From contig JBHGNT010000018.1 of assembly GCA_043228905.1 (NCBI GenBank), positions 8,990,001 through 9,054,000 of the forward strand: a stretch of DNA of 64,000 nt, read 5' to 3'. This document shows, in pieces, positions 53,800-64,000 of this stretch. Each line of letters starts with the position of its first letter. Position 1 is the first letter of the stretch. Origin of the DNA: Azolla caroliniana (taxonomy: Eukaryota > Plantae > Polypodiophyta). The notes beneath the pieces are model-generated. The model ran no database searches, was not told where the DNA came from, and saw only the letters and a program-made list of their open reading frames with translations. Position numbers and translations under genes: made by a program.

Positions 53800-54914
53800 A
53801 TAAAGAGGACAAGCACAAGACAACATTTCAAACATAACATGGACTATTCTAGTTTAAACGCATGTCGTTTGGACTATCAGATGCTGGCATCACATTTCAA
53901 AGGATGGCAAACAATATTTTCTTGGACCTAATTTTTCAAAGCGTTGTTTTAGTATATCTAGATGACATATTGATTCACAGAAATAGCTGGCCAAAACACG
54001 TTTAGGTATTATGTGAAGTCCTCCTCCGTAGTCAAAATACTACCTACAATTGCAATTCAAGAAATGTAAGTGGGGTGCAACAACACTATGATTTTTAGGT
54101 TTCATGATATCAAAACAAGAATACAACTAGATCCAGCGAAGACACGAACTGTTGCCGAATATCCGAAGCCATCCAACGTCAAGTCCCTACAAAGTTTTCT
54201 AGGATTAATGAAAATTTCCCTAAGGTTTAATCCCCAATTAGCAACAATTACAACTCCTTTACGGAACTTGTTGAAGAAGGACCAACAATACTAGTGCACT
54301 AAGGATGTGAGAAAAGTTTTCAGAGAATCAAAAAATTAATTACCTCAGCAACAACATTAGCATTCCCTGATCACAGTAATATTTTTTGTCTACAGATAGA
54401 TGCTTCCAATTTTTGAATTGGTGCAGTCCTTTTGTAGCAAGATGACAATGATAGTTGGCACTTGATTGCCTACGTCAGTCACACACTAATAGAATCAGAG
54501 TAGAATTATTCAACAACTGAAAAGGAGTTTTTAGCCATGGTATGGTCATTTTAGAATTTCCATCCATACCTACACAACACAATGGTGCAGGTAGAGACAG
54601 ATCATCAGCCATTGATATCCCTAATTCAGAAGACACAACCACCAAGAGGACTACTTTGTTGGGCTCTTGCTCTACAAGAGTATAAATTCACAATGATCTA
54701 TAGACGTGGCCAATCCAACATAGTGGTGGATGCCCTCTTACAGATGGAATATCAAGCTGCTCAAGTACGTGCGACTAATCTTCCACTACATCAACATCAA
54801 ATAAAACAGATGCAACAACAAGACACAATAATCAAAGAAATTATCCTATGAATTCAGGCTAGTCACGATGCACAACTCAGTCAAAATTTTATCATGATCG
54901 GCAATGTTCTATAT
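53800..54914 (+). mobile_element. Decayed Ty3/gypsy RT-RNase H fragment
   Basis: YLDDIL, P..VKSLQSFLG, DASNF, NYSTTEKE, ETDHQPL motifs with stops and frameshifts. Confidence 0.8.
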
Positions 54915-55892
54915 TGTTAAAGAGTACATGTGGAAGCTTGTGACACAACCGGCTTCACCGGATAACAACCGAGAATATATGAAGGTTTAATGGTAAGCTT
55001 GGATATACACAGAGAATACGCGGGAGGGGGAGGGGGAGAGAGAGAGAGAGAGAGAGAGAGAACATCTATTTCAAATATAAACATCAATACTCTTGTATAG
55101 TCAAATGTGCTTTGTGAGCACTATTTATACATGTCCATAAAGGACTGACCGAAGTACTGACAAGTACTTCAATGCTCATAACGGAGTTTGATTGACACTG
55201 ATTTCTAGGAGCATATAATCTACCTAGTAGACTAGGATCGTAGGCCTCTAATGGCCTACCGGTTCTACGCTGATTGGACACCAATCCGACTCCCCGTTTC
55301 GGATCTTGTTCTCAGCTTATACAACCGATCCGATCCATGTTGAGCTTGTCCTCTCAATACTCCCCCTCAAGCTCAACTTGAGGTCAGATCATGGTGGAAG
55401 TCCTTGCCGATGTCATGGTGTGGCATGTGCATTGTGAGAAAAAGCAAGCTTTCACACACATCTTATGAAATAATATATAAATGAAAATAATAATAATAAT
55501 AAATAACTTATAGTAGCTTAGCGGTTAACGCTTATAAATTTATATAGAGAGGTATAGAGTTTGAGTCTCTCTTGCTACAAATCAAGGAGCATTTTGCTCC
55601 CCTTCCATTTTTGTGATAAAGGAAATAAAAAAAGAAAGCATGTAATGTTAAAATAGGTTCCTCTTTCCTCTATAAGAGGGGAGGAATAGGGTTTACTATG
55701 GGGCGCCCATTTTACCGTAGGGGTGTACCGCTAGGGTTTCATCTTCTTCTCCTCTTTTTCTTGGGTTAGGGTTTATCGCCTTCGAGAGAGAGAGAGAGAG
55801 AGAGAACATCTATTTCAAATATAAACATCAATACTCTATACAGTCAAATGTGCTCTATGAGCACTATTTATACATGTCCATAAAGGATTGAC
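54915..55892 (-). mobile_element. LTR (54915-55359) with PPT, 3' internal sequence and a second partial LTR copy (about 55785-55892)
   Basis: TGTTAAAGAG...CTCTCAATA termini, PPT AGGGGGAG (55360-55367, minus strand), duplicated (GA)n-AACATCTATTTCAAATATAAACATC segment. Confidence 0.65.
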
Positions 55893-56034
55893 GTAAAATA
55901 CGTAAAATATGTATTTTATAAGTATTTAACATATTAAGAAAACGTATTTAACGTATTTTTTAATTGGGAGGTACTATACGGGTATTAATACATTAAATAC
56001 GTATGGTATCCGTACCGTACCTAACAACCTTGCT

Positions 56035-56300
56035 TCTTACCAACTGTTCTGTGCTAGTTCCGTTGAGAGAAGATAGAGTCTTCATTGAAGACTACATTAC
56101 TACTCCGGATCGGTTTCTGGTTCTCAGGGTCCCATAGCCTGTAGCCAAATTCCCCATCGGTTCCATAACCGAGAAATATGTATCAGTTCCATAACCGAGA
56201 AATTTTGTCCTTTTATCCCTGGGGATGAATGCGTAGGCTTCGTATCTGAATATACGGAGCCTATATGTTATGTACACATAACGTTGGTGAGGGCAGGTCA
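56035..56300 (-). mobile_element. Ty1/copia post-integrase fragment
   Basis: LRIFRYEAYAFIP..KRTK..FLGY..YRLWDP..SNVVFNE. Confidence 0.75.
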
Positions 56301-56334
56301 CTAATATTTACATTAGTGAAGGGTATGTTCAATA

Positions 56335-57450
56335 ATGTTAAAAAGGGGACTAATGATTAGATAGAAGGAATGATAGGTGCATGCACTATCATGATTTGGA
56401 CAACCAATGCATGGAGAGCCTTTTAGAAAGGCACATCTATTCAAGGGGCCTAGGAAAAGGTATAAATATGAGGCTTAGCTACCCTCATAAGGACATTATG
56501 TTGGAAGGTTGCTGTCTTAGACACCGGTGGTGCGAGCTAGGCTTTCGTCTCGACGATCGTGTTTATCTCTTCCAAGGTATTAGTCATCCTAATATCCGGC
56601 GGTATGGGACGTCGGCGGTAGGTTGGCTATGTCTAGATCATAGCTCGGGGGTGGTAGGGTGGAACAGGTTCTTCTATCCAATCTATTTTCCTTCTTTTAC
56701 TTTACTTTGGTCTATTGATTAGTAATAGACTCTTAATAATGGTATTAGAGCTTTTACTAACAATTTTTTTTGTTGTTTTGATATTTTTTGTGTGTGAGAG
56801 ATGGGAATCTAACAAGGCTAATCGTGCTCTTCTCAATATCAAAACAACACTTTAAACCCAATATTCTTCTTTCTCGATCTCTCTTCTTTCTATGATGCGT
56901 TCTTGTTGGTCGAATCAAATTTGTATTACGTTTTCTTTTCTTTTCTTTTCTTTCTTCTTTCTACCACGATATGATTTTAATTATTATTGTGCATCGGGCC
57001 GAACGTGTTTGCACTAATCGCACACACTCAAGTCATGGCCCTTTTGTATATTGCGATGTATCTCCTATCCTCCCCTCTCTTGAGCCTTCTCTTACGATAT
57101 TAATTATTGTTGTGCATTGGGTCGAGCGTGCTTGCCCTAATTGCACACGCTCACCTCATGGCCCTTTAGCATATGATGTTGAGTATGCCACTCTTCCCTC
57201 TATTGAGCCATCACTTGGATGAGTCTATGGGATGTTGTGGCCATGACGAGATGTATGTCACCTACCTATGCCACTCTACTCTCTATTGAGTCATCACTTG
57301 GCCGATTCTATAGGATGTTGTAATCTTGACGAGGTATATGTCGCTTACCTATGTCACTTTACTCTTTATTGAGCCATCACTTGGCCGATTCTAGGGAGAT
57401 GTGGTGGTCTTGAGGAGGTGCATGTCGACTACTCTAGGGTTTCGTACCTT
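56335..57450 (+). mobile_element. 5' LTR (about 56335-56738) with tRNA-iMet PBS and leader containing degenerate ~63-bp tandem repeats
   Basis: TGGTATTAGAGC at 56740-56751 (canonical TGGTATCAGAGC); repeats CTCTATTGAGCCATCACTTGG at 57200-57400. Confidence 0.6.
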
Positions 57451-58299
57451 AAGGTATGGTTAATGTTCCATACACCTAATTACTCATTATTCTAATTAAT
57501 TTCTAATTCCAAAAATTGTCATTTCACTTATATGATTATCTCGTAATTATTGTTTACTCGCCCACAATTAACTCTCATTTCCCCCCTTCCTTTTCGTGTA
57601 TAAAAATATTTACGTGCGTTTACCTATGATGTAACGCTTCCGTGTAGACTATTTTTTTCGTATGGACTGGGCATCATGCCGTTTTTTCTGAAAGATTTTT
57701 TCCAACGGATCATCTACGTTTAACTCATATTATCGAGCCTTAGAACTCGAGTAAAACCACATGAGTTCCTCTATTGATGTTTCTTCATGGATTTGAGTAC
57801 CACATCTTTGCGTATCAATTTGTGGCTTATGTCACAATTGTGCAAATTACAACCATCATATTGGGATGTATATATGCATACCTCGCACCTCCCATTTATT
57901 TGTGACATTGTGTTTTTAGTAGGTAGCACATGGGTTTTTTGACCCTTGTTTTCGTCACTACTTGCCTCTAATGGGTAGTGCCTTATTTTATCATTTTTAT
58001 CATCACATTTTCTTGTTACTCGCAAGACTAGAATATTACTTGCCAATGCACTTGTTTTTTTCACGTAATACACTTTCTCGACCATATCAATACAATTCTG
58101 GGTTGACATTAATATAAGGCTAACTAGGAAATTACATTGATGTTGGAACCATGGTTGAGCCTCGGGGAGCCGCCATGATTACTCAAGATAGAGATCCGAG
58201 AAAGACATCTTAACTATGTTTGCCCCCATGGTTTTTAAAACACCATAGTATTACCATAGTTCTCGGATCTTGAATCACATCTCATATGTCTAGAGGGGT

Positions 58300-60657
58300 A
58301 AAGACGTGAGATGCTTTCTTGGTAAAGTTCTTCCAATCAAAATTTCAAGCATTCATTTTGCTTGTGTATTTTCTGAACCTCCTTATTTATATTGCATAAC
58401 CACAACTTGCATCATGGAACAAGTTTTGAACGCTGTTGGAGCAATCTCTCTGGCCGAGACCTCTCAACTCCAATCCGCATCTTGCACACAAGCTGAGATC
58501 ACTATTGAGCAATTGCTCACTACTGCCTTGAATCAATTGGCTGAAATGAGGCAAGCCAATATGGCATTGGAAAAGAAATTCCAAGAATTGACTATCGAGT
58601 CCAAGAAAGAAGGTGAGCCTTCTTTCGTAGTAACGCCATTCAAGGGAGATAAGAAAGAAAGAACCGAGGAGGCCATTAGCACTTGGCTTGGTCGTTGGGA
58701 GTCTCACTTTGAGCTCCACCCCAAGTTCGATGTTGTAAACATTGGTTATGTCGGTCGTGAGTTAGGTGGCCAAGCTGCTGCTTGGTGGCGCGGCCTAAGG
58801 ACTGCAAAGAACTTACCCACAACTTGGGAAGGTTTCGTTGATGTTTTTAAGAAACAGTTTTTGTAGCCACCTTCTCAAACTGAACAAGCGCAACTCTTGC
58901 TCACGTTGTCGAGTAAGCCATTTACCTCTCTCGAGGATTATGTGCATCATGCTTGAACCCAGATCCAAAAATCGGGACTTACGGGTGAGAAATGGTTTGT
59001 TGCTTGCTTTTTGAATGGTATTCCTAATGGGGATTGCCATTGGATTTTCCATGACAAGGACCCCACAACTTTTGAGAAAGCCATCAACATTGTACTTCGA
59101 TACCATAGGACTTCCAAGAAAGACCACAATAAACCTGAGTTCGCCAAAACTCCAAATGTCAAGTTCATTGGGAAAAGTAAGCAATCCAATGACACTCTTG
59201 ACCGCAACTCCAAGAAACCTAACCTCTTCTGTGCATATTGCAAGAAGTGGGGCCACACAAAGGATACATGTCGTCGTCTTGAGAGAAAGTCAAAGAACAC
59301 CCCTCCTCAAGACAAATCTACGAGTCACACAGGTGAGTCTTTTGATGTTGTTGAAGTTCATACCAACCACTTAAGTTCATGTGAATGCACTTTTCCTTCA
59401 CATTTACTTGGACCTAATGATTTACTCTGAGTAGTCGGGTATATCAATGGAACACAAGCACATTTCTTGTTTGATTCCGGTAGTTCTCACAATTTTCTTA
59501 ATGATCATTTTGTGCAGCAAATGGAACTCCACATAAACGCAAGTGATCATATCTATCAAGTTCACATGGCAAATGGAAGCCTTCAATACATTAGTGACAT
59601 TGTTTGTCAACTGCCAATTCAAATAGATACCTATTGGAGAAGCTTGACTTTCATGTTATGAAACTACAATCCGTAGATGTCATTTTAGGATACCCTTGGT
59701 TTTTTAATAAAAACCCTTCTTTGTCCATTGATTGGGTTAATCACTCAATCACATTGTAAACATTTTATTCAATGTTCCAAACTTCCTTTTCGTTCACTTG
59801 TGTCTTCTAAATCTTTAAATGAGTATTCTACTTCATTAATTTATTCGTGTGTAATTGATCTTGCGCTTCAATTTTATTATTTTAATATTGACACCACACC
59901 ATTACCACATTATGAACAACGGTTACTCGACTCTATTTTAGATGATTTTCAAGACGTGTTTCCTAACGAATTGCTGCTTACTTTAACACCAAAACTTAAT
60001 GTGGACCATCAAATTGAACTCATCCCCGGTGTTGCTCCTGTGAGCATTCCACCTTACCGACTTAGTCGATTAGAAGAGGATGAGATCGCTAAACAACTTA
60101 AGGAATACTTGAGAATGGGCCACATTAGGTATAGTAAATCACCTTGGGGTGCGCCAGTTCTATTAGTAAAGAAGAAGGAAGGTTCATGGCGGATGTGTAT
60201 CAATTATCACAGTTTGAATATTAAAATGACAATTCAAAATGCATATATGTTACCTCGTGCCGATGATTTGATTGATCGTTCGCATGGGCCTGATATTTTA
60301 CGAAAATTGACATACGAACATGTTATAATTAGATTCGCATTGCCGAGGATGATATTCCTAAAACTGCTTTTCGTACGCGTTAGGCCATTATGAGTTTTTA
60401 GTCATGCCTTTCGGGTTGAGTAATGCTCCAGCCACATTCCAACGAGCGATGAATGACATTTTCCATGATCAACTCGGTGATTTTGTTGTCGTCTTCTTGG
60501 ATGATATTTTGATATATAATCGTACCTTGCAAGATCATGTTCAACATGTTCGATTTGTTTTGCAAAAGTTGCGTGACAACTCTTTCTAAGGAAAACAATC
60601 AAAATGTGATTTTTTCCAAAAATCTATCGTGTACCTAGGTCATTTAATTACGGAAAA
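58300..60657 (+). mobile_element. Decayed Ty3/gypsy gag-protease-RT, truncated by a nested insertion
   Basis: Gag (AAAWW..TWEGF..F), CAYCKKWGHTKDTC knuckle, LFDSGSSHNF protease, SPWGAPVLLVKKKEG and [23 protein letters not shown] motifs. Confidence 0.88.
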
Positions 60658-63294
60658 TGTTACCGGCCGGCAAAGGAGTCCAGAGTGGGAAACGGAGAGC
60701 TAATTAAGTAGTAGGAATGTGGTTGTAATTAAACTATGAGTGTGGATGGACGGACCGGAATCGGTATGCCGTTCCGGATCCGGACCGATCCCGAACAGGT
60801 GCGGATGGCACCGTTTTGTAATACAGACCAGAAACCTATTTAAAGGCCCGGATACAATGTAATAGTTAGCGGTTAATTAATGAAAGCTTAAGCGTTGTTA
60901 TCTCTCTGTGTTAATTGCCGTTCTGTCTTAATTGTTATATCTTACGCGTGTTATGAAAGACGATCCTAATAAGTAACTTAACTAAGTCAGATTAAGCGTT
61001 GAAATCTAATCCGGTTGCCGTAACACCCTTTGGTGAAGTGTCTCACGTAGACACCCTGTGTTAGGCCATTGTCCGGCCCGAAGAGTTAACACAGTTTTTG
61101 GCGACCACGATTCCTGTTTTTGCAGCGAACGACGGCACGGATGGATGTCTAGATCAACGCACGACCTGGTTACAGATCGAACTCGACGCCTTGCCGAAAG
61201 GCAAAGGAGACGCGAGGCCTTCCAGCAAGCGGCGCAGGAAATTAGAGCGGATCGCTCGTTTTCCAACGTAATCCGGAGAGTAGCGGAGGACTCCCTCTGG
61301 TTACAGCAAACATCGCACCCGGACGACAGCAACAGCCTAAGCAGCCTCCGGGAAACCGAATCCCTTCTCCAAGCGTTGGCAAACGGAGAAGGCGAAGCAG
61401 AGGCCTTTTCAGCATATGAATCGGACTCTGAAGGGGAATACAACGTGCACACGAACTACTGTAGCAGCAACGAAACCCTGGGCGGACCGGAGGACGAAGG
61501 ATCGGATACCTTACCGACATCGGAAGTGCTAACGCTGGAACCCCCGGAACCAGCAGAAGAAGAACGACCTCCGACACCGGAAGTCGAAGAGGAGAGGCCT
61601 CCGTCACCAAAGGAAGAGAAACAACCGACACCGGAATCAAATCGGGAAAGACCACCGACACCGGAGAAAATTCCGGAACGAGCACCAACACTACCAGCCC
61701 GCGCACCAATACCGGACGACGACATGCCGTTCCAGTACTCCAAGTATAGAGATGATCCGGACGCGGAAGCTCATGTGCACGCCTTTGAACAGACATGGGA
61801 AGCCAACCATGTGTTCCAGCGATTGACCCCAGAAGAAGAAGAACGCTCTAAGATAGCGGAATTTGGCGTCACATTGGAGGGACCAGCAGCAAGATGGCGC
61901 CGGACGCAGGACCCGTCTACCATCAACACCTTTGCAGATTTAAAAGCTAAATTCATGTATTTTTTTCAAAAGGAGGTGGACCAGACCGTAATGGTAGGCT
62001 TATTTTATACCATCCGGCAAGAGGCAGGTGAGAGCATTCCCCAATTTGTCATCCGGTTTCAACGGATGCATAGTCAGCTTACCCGTGCACCCCCGGAGGA
62101 GGAATTACGGACGATATTCCTAAACGTGCTCCGGGAACCCCTACGCACGGTTTGCACGGTAATCGATTTCCGCACAAGTACCATCGACCAGGTCATTGAC
62201 CGGGTGAAAGAGATGGAAAAGACAAGCTCCTGGCTCACACTGGGCGCACTTCAACGGGCGTTACCGTCCGATGAAGACCTTTGGTTTCGGCAAGCAATAC
62301 AGTGCACAACCTGCTTGAATTCCGGACACTCAGCTCTAGAATGCACTATGAGGACGCAATGTGTAATCTGTCAATCCAAGAGCCATACGACGGATAGGTG
62401 CGAGTATAATCTGTTGACTCGGCAAGCACCGCCCGTCCGACAAATTGAGCCACGCAGCAGCCGGGATGAAGAAGACGAACGCTGGCGGCGAATGGACCGT
62501 GACCGACCGGCACAGGATGTCCGGTATGGCGAGCGACGGGAAAATGATATCCGGTATGGCGATCAACGGGAAAATGATGTCCGGTACGGTGATCGGCGAG
62601 AGAACTATGACTGGCATAATCGGTACCAGGATTACAATAGACGATACGAACAGTACGACCGGGAGCACTCCCCCGGGTATCGTCAACAATGGGAGGAATA
62701 CGGCAGATATAACGGGCAACCCCGTCAAGAGTACCGTAATAAGAAGAGCTATAACAAAAAACGGCATTTTATAAAAGGAGGCTACCCCCGGGATCCGGAA
62801 CAAGGAGCTCCAAGTAGCCAATCGGTACAAAACCCCGCGCGTACCGTAGGACCTGCCCCGGGTACAACAGACAATGCCGAATCTGGCAATGCCCGGAAAG
62901 CCTACTGCTACTACTGCCGATAGGAAGGCCATTATAGTAACCAATGCCCGGTGAAGAGCTATGAAAAACGACCGGCGGTAAATATGGTAGTCCCTGAGGT
63001 GGCAGACCTGCAGCAGGTGACCACAAGGTCGAAGGGCATGGCCAAAGAATGGGAGACACAGGAGACCATCCGGAAACAAGCAACGGAATGGGTAAAGAAA
63101 GCAAACGAGTAGAATGTCACAGACTTACAACAGCAAAAGGAGAACACCGCAGGGCTTGCCGGCGGTAGTCACTCCGAGAACGAGACATGGCAGGCGTTGC
63201 AAGAATGCCAAATTACGTTACCACTAGGAAGACTCCTACAACTCGTGCCAAGATTCACGGAAGGACTGAAGACGGCCATGACGGCAGGAGAACC
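60658..63294 (+). mobile_element. Younger non-chromovirus Ty3/gypsy element: 5' LTR (60658 to about 61093), tRNA-Arg-type PBS, gag
   Basis: Starts TGTTAC inside the RT of the previous element; TGGCGACCACGA at 61099-61110; long gag ORF follows. Confidence 0.8.
61058..62923 (+). CDS. Retrotransposon Gag (premature stop inside the third CCHC knuckle; probable ATG at 61141-61145)
   Basis: 621-aa ORF with Pro/Glu-rich repeats, gag core (LEGPAARW..F..LKAKF..IRQEAGESI..F..RF) and CCHC knuckles. Confidence 0.8.
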   Translation: MLGHCPARRVNTVFGDHDSCFCSERRHGWMSRSTHDLVTDRTRRLAERQRRREAFQQAAQEIRADRSFSNVIRRVAEDSLWLQQTSHPDDSNSLSSLRETESLLQALANGEGEAEAFSAYESDSEGEYNVHTNYCSSNETLGGPEDEGSDTLPTSEVLTLEPPEPAEEERPPTPEVEEERPPSPKEEKQPTPESNRERPPTPEKIPERAPTLPARAPIPDDDMPFQYSKYRDDPDAEAHVHAFEQTWEANHVFQRLTPEEEERSKIAEFGVTLEGPAARWRRTQDPSTINTFADLKAKFMYFFQKEVDQTVMVGLFYTIRQEAGESIPQFVIRFQRMHSQLTRAPPEEELRTIFLNVLREPLRTVCTVIDFRTSTIDQVIDRVKEMEKTSSWLTLGALQRALPSDEDLWFRQAIQCTTCLNSGHSALECTMRTQCVICQSKSHTTDRCEYNLLTRQAPPVRQIEPRSSRDEEDERWRRMDRDRPAQDVRYGERRENDIRYGDQRENDVRYGDRRENYDWHNRYQDYNRRYEQYDREHSPGYRQQWEEYGRYNGQPRQEYRNKKSYNKKRHFIKGGYPRDPEQGAPSSQSVQNPARTVGPAPGTTDNAESGNARKAYCYYCR

Positions 63295-64000
63295 TGACGA
63301 GAACTCAAGGCTCCTTATGTCCAACGCTCGGCCACAACCGAGCTTCTTTTTATACACAGAAAACGGGAAATAGAACACGACACAAAGAAGAGAAATGGTA
63401 CACAGGAGGTTACGTGGAAAACCCCAAACTAGGGGAAAAACCACGGCAGCCCATAGGCTGCAAACTGTCACTATGTAGGAATATACAACAGTGAGTTCAC
63501 TGAGGCACCGACCTCGTGCTCACAAGTCTTCGCCACAGGCGGCGGTTACAACAGAGGCAACGACCTCGTCTCTCTCTCTCTCTCTCTGTACAGTTACGCA
63601 CTCTCGTTTCTTCTTGCACCAACAAGGAAGAATGACAACAACAACAACAGTTACTAAAAGTTTGCCCTAAGTCATATTTATACTAATATGACTTTTCGGC
63701 TATTTACAAATGTAGCCTTGATGGGCTCTCAGAAACATATTTACGAATATGTCTCTTCATCCGGTTCTCACCGGGTCTATACCATCTGGCTCTCCGTAAC
63801 CGGGTACTCCTCATCCGGTTCATACCGGGCCTGCACCATCCGGCTCTCTGTAGCCGGGTACTCCTCATCCGGTTCATACCGGGCCTGCACCATCCGGCTC
63901 TCTGTAGCCGGGTACTCCTCATCCGGTTCATACCGGGCCTGCACCATCCGGCTCTCCGTAGTCGGGTACTCCTCATCCGGTTCATACCGGGCCTGCACCA
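63295..64000. mobile_element. Further nested LTR-like sequence running off the window
   Basis: Abrupt break from gag-pol at TGACGAG; CGTGGAAAACCCC..GGGGAAAAACCACG hairpin motif and (CT)n as often seen in plant LTRs. Confidence 0.55.
63760..64000. repeat. 54-bp tandem minisatellite, at least 4.4 copies
   Basis: CCGGTTCATACCGGGCCTGCACCATCCGGCTCTCTGTAGCCGGGTACTCCTCAT recurs at 63815, 63869, 63923 and 63977. Confidence 0.92.

Noticed and set aside
55893-56032. Possible MITE end with ACGTA-rich subterminal repeats
   Set aside because: No partner terminal inverted repeat or target-site duplication could be identified
61020-61030. GTAACA at 61025 as the LTR end (perfect inverted match to TGTTAC)
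   Set aside because: A clearer tRNA-type PBS follows the CA at about 61091-61093, so that end was preferred; unresolved without the partner LTR
61006-63104. Long antisense ORFs over the gag gene
   Set aside because: Expected shadow ORFs of a GC-rich coding strand, with no recognisable motifs

Overview
Eukaryotic plant nuclear DNA, probably from a non-seed land plant such as a moss (inferred from the retroelement types). The dominant feature is a 26.2-kb, almost perfectly homogeneous tandem array (8099-34285) of 22 copies of a 1191-bp unit. Each unit carries two minus-strand tRNA-Ala genes (UGC and AGC anticodons), giving 44 genes. Older, decayed units of the same array lie at 1-1818. They are separated from the homogeneous block by a chromodomain Ty3/gypsy element inserted inside a tRNA-Ala(AGC) gene and by a LINE fragment. 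That element shows a Tf1-type self-priming PBS, a -1 frameshift pseudoknot and a tRNA-like A/B-box segment in its LTR. Right of the array are a copia remnant, a decayed L1 LINE and two intron-containing genes (a TPT/nucleotide-sugar transporter family gene and MAP65). The window ends in microsatellites and nested, mostly decayed LTR retrotransposons. All coordinates were read by eye and no searches were run.
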